From an uncultured Pseudomonadota bacterium (lineage in GTDB: Bacteria; Myxococcota_A; Polyangia; Nannocystales; Nannocystaceae): 29,473 nt of DNA. Below, piece after piece: positions 16,897-25,647 of this stretch. Within the stretch, counting starts at the first letter, position 1, and every line of letters begins with the position of its first letter. Location of the stretch: NCBI GenBank assembly GCA_937896535.1, contig CALBMM010000222.1, forward strand, positions 1-29,473, given 5' to 3'. A program made the translations under genes and the position numbers. The notes under the pieces are model-generated. The model searched no databases, was not told where the DNA came from, and saw only the letters and a list, made by a program, of their open reading frames with translations.

Positions 16897-19059
16897 ATGC
16901 CTAGCTCGTACACGTTGATGCTGATCGGCGCCGGGTTCCTCTTTCTCGTGCTGCTCGCGATCGGGATTCCGGCCCTCTACGCCAAGCTCTACCGCAAGGT
17001 CGACCAGGGCAAGGCACTGATCGTCAACAAGATGAAGCATGTGGAGGTCTATTTCACCGGTGGCCTGGTGATCCCGGTCGTGCACCGCTCCGAGGTCATG
17101 GACATCTCGGTCAAGACGATCGACATCGACCGAACCGGCAAGGAGGGGCTCATCTGCAAGGACAACATCCGCGCCGACATCAAGGTCGCGTTCTTCGTGC
17201 GGGTCAACAAGACCGCCGAAGACGTGCTCAACGTCGCGCAGACGATCGGTACCGCGCGCGCCTCCGACCAGGTGACGCTGGAGACGCTCTTCAACGCGAA
17301 GTTCTCCGAGGCGCTCAAGACGGTGGGCAAGCGCCTCGACTTCGAGGAGCTGTACACCAAGCGTCACGAGTTCAAGGAGCAGATCATGGAGGTCATCGGG
17401 CAGGACCTCAACGGCTACGTGCTCGACGACGCCGCGATCGACTACCTCGAGCAGACGCCGAAGGCGATCCTCGACCCGAACAACGTGTTGGACGCTCGCG
17501 GTATCCGCAAGATCACCGAGATCACGGCGGGCCAGCACGTGCACACCAACGAGATCCAGCGCGCGGCGGAGAAGCAGACCCGCAAGCAGGACGTCGAGGC
17601 GCGCGAAGCCATCCTCGAGCTCGACCGGCAGGAGCAGGACGCCATCGCCAAGCAGCAGCGCGAGATCGCCACGGTGCGAGCGCGCGAGGAGGCGGAGACG
17701 CTCAAGGCCCAGGCCGAAGAGCGCAAGAAGGCCGAGCTGGCGCGCATCAAGCTCGAAGAGGAAGTCGCGATCAACGAAGAGAACAAGCAGCGGCAGATCG
17801 AGCTCGCTCAGAAGAACCGCGAGCGCGTGATCGCCGTGGAGAACGAGCGCGTGGTCAAGGACCAGCAGCTCGAGGCGATCAGTCGCGAGCGCGAGACCGA
17901 GCTCAAGCGCATCTCCAAGGAAAAGGCCCTCGAGGTCGAGAAGAAGGAGATCGCCGACGTCATTCGGGCCCGCATCGCGGTCGACAAGACCGTCGCGGAA
18001 GAGGAAGAGCGCATCAAGACGCTGCGCGTGGTCGAGGACGCCAAGCGCAACAAGGACGCCAAGATCATCACGGCCGAAGGCGAAGCCGAGGAGAAGCTCG
18101 TCAAGGACATCAAGGCGGCGCAGGCTCAGGAAGAGGCGTCGAAGTTCCTCGCCAAGGAAAAGCTCGTCATGGCCGAGGCCGACCTCGAAGCCGCCGACAA
18201 GCTCGCCCGCGCCAAGATCCGACTCTCCGAAGGTGTCCAGGCCGAGCAGGCCGCATCCGGTCTGGCCGAGGTCAAGGTCAAGGAAGCCGACGCCGTCGCC
18301 ATCGAAAAGCAGGGCGACGCGAAGGCACGCGTGACCCTCGGGCAGATGAAGGCCGAGGCGGAAGGTCGCGAGGCGCAGGGCCTGGCGCTGGTCAAGGTCA
18401 AGGAGGCCGAGGCCGAGGCGATCGCCAAGCAGGGCAAGGCGGAAGCCGATGCCAAGCGCGACATGCTCATGGCGATGGCCACCGGCAAGGAAGCCGACGC
18501 GGTTGCCACCGAGAAGATGGGCATGGCCAAGGCCGTCGAGTCGCGCGAGAAGCTGCTCGCCGAGGCGCAGGGCCTCGAGAAGAAGGCCGAAGCGATGGCC
18601 AAGCTCGACGACGCCTCGCGCCAGCACGAGGAGTACCGCCTGCAGCTCGAGAAGATGGTCGAGGTCGAGATGTCCCGCATCGGGATGCGCCGCGACGTGG
18701 CCGAGGCGCAAGCCAAGGTCCTCGCCGAGGCGATGCAGTCGGCCAAGATCAACATCGTCGGTGGCGACGGTCAGTTCTTCGACCAGTTCATCCGTGCGGT
18801 CTCGCTGGGCCAGGCGCTCGACGGGGTGGTCCACAACTCCGAGTCCGCCAAGCAGCTGCTCGGCGGCTACCTCAGCGGCGACCAGAGCCTGACCCAGGAC
18901 ATCAAGGACGTGCTCTCGCGCCCGGCGATCAGCACCGAGGGCATCAAGAACCTCTCGGTCACGGCCGCGCTCACGACCCTGATGAACAACATGGCCGACG
19001 GAGAGAAGGTCAAGGTCAAGTCGCTATTGTCCAAGGCCAAGGAGATGGGGCTCGCCTGA
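16897..19059 (+). CDS. flotillin (SPFH/band-7 family, YqiK/FloT-like) with a long EA-rich coiled coil
   Basis: N-terminal membrane anchor MPSSYTLMLIGAGFLFLVLLAIGIPALY and an SPFH domain (GKALIVNKMKHVEVYFTGGLVIPVVHRSEVMDISVKTIDIDR ..., AFFVRVNKTAEDVLNVAQTIG). The coiled coil is extended and carries an internal duplication. A strong SD (AAGGAAAG) lies 10 nt upstream of the ATG at 16897; the track ORF begins at 16828 in the same frame. Confidence 0.9.
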   Translation: MPSSYTLMLIGAGFLFLVLLAIGIPALYAKLYRKVDQGKALIVNKMKHVEVYFTGGLVIPVVHRSEVMDISVKTIDIDRTGKEGLICKDNIRADIKVAFFVRVNKTAEDVLNVAQTIGTARASDQVTLETLFNAKFSEALKTVGKRLDFEELYTKRHEFKEQIMEVIGQDLNGYVLDDAAIDYLEQTPKAILDPNNVLDARGIRKITEITAGQHVHTNEIQRAAEKQTRKQDVEAREAILELDRQEQDAIAKQQREIATVRAREEAETLKAQAEERKKAELARIKLEEEVAINEENKQRQIELAQKNRERVIAVENERVVKDQQLEAISRERETELKRISKEKALEVEKKEIADVIRARIAVDKTVAEEEERIKTLRVVEDAKRNKDAKIITAEGEAEEKLVKDIKAAQAQEEASKFLAKEKLVMAEADLEAADKLARAKIRLSEGVQAEQAASGLAEVKVKEADAVAIEKQGDAKARVTLGQMKAEAEGREAQGLALVKVKEAEAEAIAKQGKAEADAKRDMLMAMATGKEADAVATEKMGMAKAVESREKLLAEAQGLEKKAEAMAKLDDASRQHEEYRLQLEKMVEVEMSRIGMRRDVAEAQAKVLAEAMQSAKINIVGGDGQFFDQFIRAVSLGQALDGVVHNSESAKQLLGGYLSGDQSLTQDIKDVLSRPAISTEGIKNLSVTAALTTLMNNMADGEKVKVKSLLSKAKEMGLA

Positions 19060-19087
19060 ACCGGCGTTGACGTAGGCCCACGTCCCA

Positions 19088-22000
19088 ATGGCTGACGAGG
19101 ACAACAAGGACCAGGCCGCCGAGGGCGAGAGCAACTCGGCGGCCGAGCTCGCCGGCGGCAGCTACGAGGTCATCCGCGCCCGGCTCGTCGAGCAGGGCAA
19201 GGAGCTCGGCGCTCGCGCCGACAAACTCAACGAAGCGCGGCAGGCTGCGTTCGGTGGGACGGCCATGGAAGTGGTGGCCACCGAGCGCGTGCGTACGGAG
19301 AACAACTGCACGCCCGTCGACATCGTCCAGGTCGCCGGCAAGCTGCTGTTCGCCTACAACGTGTTCCTCGGGCTGAAGTCCGAGACGTCGATGACCGACG
19401 TGTTCTCGCTGCACAAGTTCGAGGCCAAGGAGGGCGGCGGCTTCGACCTCGCGGCTGTCGACTTCTCCGAGGGTGGGGGCCTGCTCACCAACCCGAACTT
19501 CGAAGAGCACTTCAAGGAGCTGTATCGATTCTACAAGGACGCCCAGATCGTCCAGCTGTCGCGCACGGAGACGAAGCTGTTCGCGTGCTGGAAGATCGGC
19601 GCGGAGATCACCGACGTCCGCGTGTCACGGTGGACGCTCGATGCACGGGGCAAGCCGGCCTACGTCGACAACCGCGGTGAGCGGGACTTCGCGTTCCCGC
19701 CCCAGCAGGACTTCGAGTGGACGATCGCGGGCCGCGACACGCACCAGGGCGGCGAGTTCCCCCACGTGTCGATCCGCGACAAGGTCTTCGTGGAAACGAC
19801 CGGCGGCGACCTGACGATCAAGGTCGAAAACAACACCGCCAGCGGCGAGGGCATCTACGCCGAGCCCGTCGACGACGAGTACCAGACCCTCGACGACGCG
19901 CAGTTCCAGTTCCACGAGGTCGGCCCGCTCATCCTCCTGAAGATCCGACCGTATCGCGAGGAGAAGTGGCGGTACCTGGTGTTCGCCACGCGGTCGAACA
20001 CGGTCAAGCGCATCGACGCGATCGGTGATGCCTGCATCAGCCTGCCCGAAGACCACGGGATCATCTTCCCCGGCGGCTACTACCTCCAAGACGGCCAGCA
20101 CAAGGTCTTCGACGGCGACTACAAGAACTACGAGTTCTTGCGGGCCATTCGCTCGCCCAACGGAGAAGACGTGCTGTACGTCTTCCACCGGCGAGGCGCG
20201 GGACTGTACGCGCTGTTTTCGTACAACCTCATCCGTCGCGAGGTCTCCAGCCCGATCCTGTGCAACGGCTACTCGTTGTTCGACGACGGCAAGATGGTCG
20301 TCTTCCGCTACGACGAGGGCGCCGAGCCCACGCGGGTTCATCCCATGCAGGTGTGGCAGACCCCGTTCGTCTCCGACGAGCACGCGGCGGCCCAGCCCGA
20401 CGCGGCGGGATTTCTCGGCTCGGTCGGCAACGCCGAGCTCGTGCGCGGGATCTCGGACTGCCTGAGCATCCGGCGGTTCATCGTCGACCAGACGCCGTCT
20501 CGGCAGATCTACGAGGACCTGATCGCCGCGGTCACGCGCACGATCGACGCGTATCACTGGCTCGGCGACCAGACGGAGGTCGGCGACCTCAAGTCGGTCC
20601 TCACGCAGATCCGCGAGACCTCCGAGCTCATCGTCGACGAGTTCGAGAAGGTCGTTCAGATCAAGAAGCAGGCCGCCGAGGCACTCGCCGCGGTGGCGAA
20701 GAAGGTCGACGAGGTCGTCCGCGGGCTGCGGCCCGAGTCGTGGGAGAAGGTCGACGACTTCATGGGCGGTCTGACCGCGCTGCGGACGCAGCGGGGCCAG
20801 CTCATCACGCTCAAGGAGATGCGCTACATCGACCTGCCGCGCATCGACGAGCTCGAAAAGTCCGTCATCGACAACTTCGACACGGTTTCGAAGGCGACGG
20901 TGCAGTTCCTGCTGCGCGACGACGCTCTCGCCCCGCTGGTCGCCGACCTCGACGCGCTCGAAAAGAAGAGCAAGGTCACCGAGAAGACCAACGAGATGCA
21001 GCCGATCCTCGGCGACGTCGAGCGCGTCTCCGAGGGCCTCAACGTGCTGTCGGAGATCGCGGCCAATCTTCAGGTCGACGACCCGACGGCGCGCACCACG
21101 ATCCTCGAGGGGATCTCCGAGGTCTTCGGCACGCTCAACCGCGTCCGCGCCACCGTGGAGAACCGCCGCAAGGAGCTACTGGGCTCCGAGGGCCGGGCGG
21201 AGTTCGCGGCCCAGTTCAAGCTTCTGTCGCAGGCGGTCACGTCGTCGATCGGCATGGCCGACACGCCGGACAAGTGCGACGAGCAGCTGTCGCGCTTGAT
21301 GGTCCAGCTCGAGGAGCTCGAGGCCAAGTTCTCCGAGTTCGACGAGTTCCTCGGCGAGCTGACGACCAAGCGCGAGGAAATCTACGAAGCGTTCGGCCAG
21401 AAGAAGCAGCAGCTTCTCGACGAGCGCCAGCGACGGGTGCAGAACCTCTGGAACGCCGCCGAGCGGATCCTGCAGGGCATCGGGCGTCGCGCCAAGTCCT
21501 TCAAGGGCGAGGACGACCTCAACGCCTACTTCGCGTCCGACGCGATGATCCTCAAGCTGCGCGAGCTCGGCGAGAAGATCCTCGAGCTCGGCGACACGGT
21601 GAAGGCCGACGAGGTCGAGTCCAAGCTCAAGTCGTCGCGTCAGGACGCGTTGCGGGGCTTGCGGGACAAGCTGGACCTGTTCGAGGAGGGCACGCCGATC
21701 ATCAAGTTCGGCAAGCACCGCTTCTCGGTCAACACGCAGGCGCTCGAGCTGGGCATCTTGCCCCACGGCGAGGGCATGGCGGTGTCGCTGTCGGGCACCG
21801 ACTTCCTCGAGCCCGTCGACGACGAAGCGTTCAACGCCACGCGCGAGTACTGGAACCAGCAGCTCGTGTCGGAGACCAGCGAGGTCTACCGCGGCGAGTT
21901 CCTGGCGGCGTCGATCCTGTTCGATGCCGAGTCGGGCGTGGGTGGGCTGAGCCTGCACAAGTTGATGGAGGCCGGTCGCGAAGCGGGCGGGCTGGTCCAG

Positions 22001-24820
22001 CTCGTGCGCAAGATCGCGGCCGACCGGTACCAGGAAGGCTACGAGCGTGGCGTCCACGACGCGGACGCGGCGGCGATCCTCGACAAGCTCGTCACCGTGT
22101 ACACGTCGGCGGGGCTGCTGCGCTTTGCCCCCACGGCGCGCGCGCTGGCGTGTCTTTGGTGGGCCGAGGCCGAGCATCCCGGCAAGGCCGCCTACCAGCG
22201 CCGGGCGCAGAGCCTGGGGCGACTGCGCATCGCCTTCTCGGGACGCGCGGCGCAGACCAAGCTCAACCACGAGATCGCCGACGACATCGCGGCGTGGGTC
22301 GAGGCCACCTCGCTGGAGATCCCCGCGGGCCTGGCCCGAGCCGCCGCGCGGTACTTGGTCGAGGAGCTCGCCAACGAGCGGGCAACGTTCACCACGAGCG
22401 CGGACGCGCAGCGCTTGCGTGACGGACTGCTCGATCACCTCGAGGCCGCCGGGGCACGCCGGGCGTTCGAAGAGGACCTGTCCAGTCTCGAGGGCGCGAG
22501 CGCGGCGCGGTTCGGTCTCGCCAAGGCGTGGCTGGAGGCGTTCCTGGACGGCAACGAAAAGGAAGCGCTCGCGGGGCTCGGCCACGCGATTCCCGAGGCC
22601 GCCGTGGTGCTGTGTACCGAGCGATCGCTGAACCGCGAGGCCAACTCGGCGCTGACCTCGGTCGAGGTCGAGGGCCTGTTGGGCTCGCACCCGCGGATCC
22701 AAAACCAGAAGCTGTCGCTGCGGATCGACGAGTTCATCGAGCGTCTGGCCGAGTTCCGGGCCGTGCGCGTGCCTGGTTTCACCGCCTATCGCGAGGCGCG
22801 AGCCGAGCTCATCGAGCGCGAGCGGTACCGTCTGCGGGTGGACGAGTTCAAGCCGCGCGTCCTCAGCTCGTTCGTGCGCAACAAGCTGATCAACGAGGTG
22901 TACCTGCATCTGGTGGGCGACAACCTCGCCAAGCAGCTCGGCGCCGCCGGCGATCAGAAGCGCACCGACTTGATGGGCCTGCTCTTGCTCATCTCGCCGC
23001 CCGGCTACGGCAAGACGACCTTGATGGAGTACATCGCCAACCGGCTCGGGTTGGTCTTCATGAAGGTCAACGGGCCGGCACTCGGCCACGGGGTGATGTC
23101 GCTGGACCCGTCCGAGGCGCCCAATGCCACGGCGCGCCAGGAGGTCGAGAAGATCAACCTCGCGTTCGAGATGGGCAACAACGTGATGCTGTATCTCGAC
23201 GACATCCAGCACACGCACCCCGAGCTGCTGCAGAAGTTCATCAGCCTCTGCGACGCCCAACGGCGTATCGAAGGCGTGTGGAAGGGGCGGACGCGGACCT
23301 ATGACCTGCGCGGAAAGAAGTTCTGCGTCGTCATGGCCGGCAACCCGTACACGGAGGCCGGCGAGAAGTTCCAGATTCCGGACATGCTCGCCAACCGCGC
23401 CGACACCTACAACCTCGGCGACATTCTCGGCGGCAAGGAAGACCTGTTCGCGCTCAGCTACATCGAGAACGCGATCACCTCCAACCGCGTGCTCGCGCCG
23501 TTGGCCACACGGGAGCAATCGGACATCTACAAGCTCGTGCGCATGGCCCAGGGCGAGGACATCCCGAGCTCGGAGCTGTCGCACGGCTATTCGGCCGTGG
23601 AGGTCTCGGAGATCACCGCGGTGTTCGAGCGGATGTTCAGGTGCCAAGAGGTGTTGCTGAAGGTCAACCGGCAGTACATCGAGTCCGCGTCGATGGACGA
23701 CAAGTTCCGCGTCGAGCCGCGCTTTCAGCTGCAGGGCTCGTACCGCAACATGGCCAAGCTCGCCGAGAAGATCGTGCCGGCCATGAACGACGCCGAGCTG
23801 CGGCAGCTCATCGACGACCACTACATCGGCGAGGCGCAGACGCTCACGACCGGGGCCGAGGCCAACATCCTCAAGCTCGCCGAGCTGCGCGGCACGATGA
23901 CCGACGCGCAGAAGGAACGCTGGGCGCTCATCAAGAAGGAGTTCGCGCGCCAAAAGCTCATGGGCGGTGGCGACGACGATCCGGTCGCGCGCGTGACCGG
24001 TCAGCTCACCGTGCTCGGCGACCACCTGCAGAGCATCCAGACCGCGCTCGGGCAGCGCGACCACCTCGATACGGTCGCCGACAAGCTCGGGGCCATCGAG
24101 GCGCGGCTCGGGGCGCAAAAGCCCCTCGACGGTCTGTCCGAGCAGCTGTCGAGCCTCGGCTCGTCGATCGTGCAGGCGGTGCAGCAGCTGGCCAGCACGC
24201 AGGCGCAGGCCAAGCCTTCGCTCGCCGCGGCGGGCGGCGGGGGGGCCAATGCCGGCCTCGCCGGCGTGCTCGCCAAGCTCGAGGCCACGATGGCCCGGCT
24301 CGCGCAGCCGCAGATCCACCTGCAGGTCGAGAACAAGGCACCTCCGGGGGTCGAGGAGCTGCTCGCGCAGCAGATCGCGATCATCGAGCGCACGCTCGTG
24401 CCGCTGGTGCGTACGACGAACCAGCAGCTGGTCAGCCCGACGAAGGTCGACGAGCGCGTCGCCGAGCTACTCGGGTTGCTGCGGGAGATGGACGCGCGCA
24501 TGCGGGCGGGACAGCCCGTCGTTCCCATCTCGGCGGCACCGGCGGCGGCTCCACCGGCGCGCACCGGCGACACGCGTCCGCCCGTGGCCGCGCCCCCGCG
24601 TCAGCCGACGGCGGCGGTGGGCGCCGGCGTGCCGGACTACGTCGCGCCGTCTCCCTCGCCGCCACCTCCGGCGATCTCACCGGCCAAGACACCGGCCCGC
24701 GAAGCGTGGCGCCCTCCGCCGCAGTTTCAAAACCCCGGCAACGCGCCGCGCCCCGCCGGTCCCAACGGCGACGGCCAGGCGAGCAAGCCCCACGTCCCGC
24801 GCGACAAGGGCGGCAAGTAG
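19088..24820 (+). CDS. giant (1910 aa) multidomain protein with a MoxR/AAA_5-type AAA+ ATPase module; family not recognised
   Basis: A single uninterrupted ORF starting 28 bp after the flotillin stop. The N-terminal roughly 440 aa are beta-rich with repeated hydrophobic strand-like segments, and long alpha-helical regions follow. Walker A (LLLISPPGYGKTTLMEY, about nt 23000) and Walker B / sensor motifs (MLYLDDIQHTHPELLQKFISLCD, FCVVMAGNPYTE) are present. Coiled-coil segments follow, and a Pro/Ala-rich C-terminal tail (PPVAAPPRQPTAAV ... SPSPPPPAISPAKTP). Confidence 0.85.
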   Translation: MADEDNKDQAAEGESNSAAELAGGSYEVIRARLVEQGKELGARADKLNEARQAAFGGTAMEVVATERVRTENNCTPVDIVQVAGKLLFAYNVFLGLKSETSMTDVFSLHKFEAKEGGGFDLAAVDFSEGGGLLTNPNFEEHFKELYRFYKDAQIVQLSRTETKLFACWKIGAEITDVRVSRWTLDARGKPAYVDNRGERDFAFPPQQDFEWTIAGRDTHQGGEFPHVSIRDKVFVETTGGDLTIKVENNTASGEGIYAEPVDDEYQTLDDAQFQFHEVGPLILLKIRPYREEKWRYLVFATRSNTVKRIDAIGDACISLPEDHGIIFPGGYYLQDGQHKVFDGDYKNYEFLRAIRSPNGEDVLYVFHRRGAGLYALFSYNLIRREVSSPILCNGYSLFDDGKMVVFRYDEGAEPTRVHPMQVWQTPFVSDEHAAAQPDAAGFLGSVGNAELVRGISDCLSIRRFIVDQTPSRQIYEDLIAAVTRTIDAYHWLGDQTEVGDLKSVLTQIRETSELIVDEFEKVVQIKKQAAEALAAVAKKVDEVVRGLRPESWEKVDDFMGGLTALRTQRGQLITLKEMRYIDLPRIDELEKSVIDNFDTVSKATVQFLLRDDALAPLVADLDALEKKSKVTEKTNEMQPILGDVERVSEGLNVLSEIAANLQVDDPTARTTILEGISEVFGTLNRVRATVENRRKELLGSEGRAEFAAQFKLLSQAVTSSIGMADTPDKCDEQLSRLMVQLEELEAKFSEFDEFLGELTTKREEIYEAFGQKKQQLLDERQRRVQNLWNAAERILQGIGRRAKSFKGEDDLNAYFASDAMILKLRELGEKILELGDTVKADEVESKLKSSRQDALRGLRDKLDLFEEGTPIIKFGKHRFSVNTQALELGILPHGEGMAVSLSGTDFLEPVDDEAFNATREYWNQQLVSETSEVYRGEFLAASILFDAESGVGGLSLHKLMEAGREAGGLVQLVRKIAADRYQEGYERGVHDADAAAILDKLVTVYTSAGLLRFAPTARALACLWWAEAEHPGKAAYQRRAQSLGRLRIAFSGRAAQTKLNHEIADDIAAWVEATSLEIPAGLARAAARYLVEELANERATFTTSADAQRLRDGLLDHLEAAGARRAFEEDLSSLEGASAARFGLAKAWLEAFLDGNEKEALAGLGHAIPEAAVVLCTERSLNREANSALTSVEVEGLLGSHPRIQNQKLSLRIDEFIERLAEFRAVRVPGFTAYREARAELIERERYRLRVDEFKPRVLSSFVRNKLINEVYLHLVGDNLAKQLGAAGDQKRTDLMGLLLLISPPGYGKTTLMEYIANRLGLVFMKVNGPALGHGVMSLDPSEAPNATARQEVEKINLAFEMGNNVMLYLDDIQHTHPELLQKFISLCDAQRRIEGVWKGRTRTYDLRGKKFCVVMAGNPYTEAGEKFQIPDMLANRADTYNLGDILGGKEDLFALSYIENAITSNRVLAPLATREQSDIYKLVRMAQGEDIPSSELSHGYSAVEVSEITAVFERMFRCQEVLLKVNRQYIESASMDDKFRVEPRFQLQGSYRNMAKLAEKIVPAMNDAELRQLIDDHYIGEAQTLTTGAEANILKLAELRGTMTDAQKERWALIKKEFARQKLMGGGDDDPVARVTGQLTVLGDHLQSIQTALGQRDHLDTVADKLGAIEARLGAQKPLDGLSEQLSSLGSSIVQAVQQLASTQAQAKPSLAAAGGGGANAGLAGVLAKLEATMARLAQPQIHLQVENKAPPGVEELLAQQIAIIERTLVPLVRTTNQQLVSPTKVDERVAELLGLLREMDARMRAGQPVVPISAAPAAAPPARTGDTRPPVAAPPRQPTAAVGAGVPDYVAPSPSPPPPAISPAKTPAREAWRPPPQFQNPGNAPRPAGPNGDGQASKPHVPRDKGGK

Positions 24821-24982
24821 CCGCCCTTGGTCACGGCTGGATCGGGTAGCGCTGCTGCACGATCCAGGGTCCCGGCTCGAAGCCGAAGGTCGCGGCCGTC
24901 AGCCCGTTGGACGGCACGACGTGGTCGGCGCTCGAACACGCCGCCGGCGCGGCCGAGCCACAGCGTCCAATCGTCGTCGCCG

Positions 24983-25591
24983 TCATCGCCAACCGGGCGG
25001 AAAGTCGCAGTGTTCGGTCGCGAGTCGTGACAGCTCGCGCGAGGCGCAGGTGCCGTCGTCGGTGAAGGTGCCGGCGACCTGGCCATCGCGGCGGCACGTG
25101 CAGTCCCTGGGCTGCGAGAGGTTGTCTTCGGGCATCGGGTCGAGGCAGTCGACGGCGTAGCTGTGCTGGTCGACGCACACGGGCCGCAGGATGTGGCAGG
25201 CGTCCCCGCTGTGTGGGGCCTGGATGCAGTACGGCACGAGGGACTCGCACCCTTCGTGCGCGGTCTCGTACGCGCCGCGGCAGTCCTCGTCGGGCCATGT
25301 CAGCGGCCCTTCGGTGAGCACGTCGCAGCTCAACCCGGAGATGCAGGCACCGAGCTCGGCCACGGCATCGAGGCAGGCCGGGTCGTACTCCAGTCCGACG
25401 ATCTGCGCGACGCCGACGCAGTACAGCTCGAAGTCGCGCTGGGCCGCCTCCACGTCGATGCTCACGTCGCTACAGCCCGCGCCGAACGCCAGCACCTCGG
25501 TACAGCCCTGCACGAACGGCGAAGGCTCGTCGGCCTCCTCCCGACATGCCGGCAGCAGGCTCAGCGACAGCAAGAATGCCCGCGAGCGCAC
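24983..25591 (-). CDS. Cys-rich secreted protein / probable lipoprotein (17 Cys in 202 aa)
   Basis: Signal peptide MRSRAFLLSLSLLPAC. Sixteen further cysteines are regularly spaced with acidic residues between them, and there are no catalytic motifs. Confidence 0.65.
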   Translation of the reverse strand: MRSRAFLLSLSLLPACREEADEPSPFVQGCTEVLAFGAGCSDVSIDVEAAQRDFELYCVGVAQIVGLEYDPACLDAVAELGACISGLSCDVLTEGPLTWPDEDCRGAYETAHEGCESLVPYCIQAPHSGDACHILRPVCVDQHSYAVDCLDPMPEDNLSQPRDCTCRRDGQVAGTFTDDGTCASRELSRLATEHCDFPPGWR

Positions 25592-25647
25592 CCGCTCACC
25601 CTACGACCGGCCCGGACCCTGCGCCACCGAATCCGTCCCTGGCAGGA

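Noticed and set aside
18230-18450. Internal DNA repeat in the flotillin gene as a possible diversity-generating retroelement template/variable repeat pair
   Set aside because: Identity is only about 75%, with differences not confined to adenines, and there is no reverse transcriptase in the window. It is an old internal duplication of the coiled coil.
15679-18834. 1051 aa ORF on the minus strand
   Set aside because: Antisense to the NfeD-like and flotillin genes, with Leu/Arg/Gly/Asp-rich repetitive translation. The plus-strand genes have clear family motifs.
21176-24319. 1047 aa ORF on the minus strand
   Set aside because: Antisense to the giant AAA+ gene, with Arg/Leu/Gly-rich translation. 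The plus-strand frame has Walker motifs and a natural composition.
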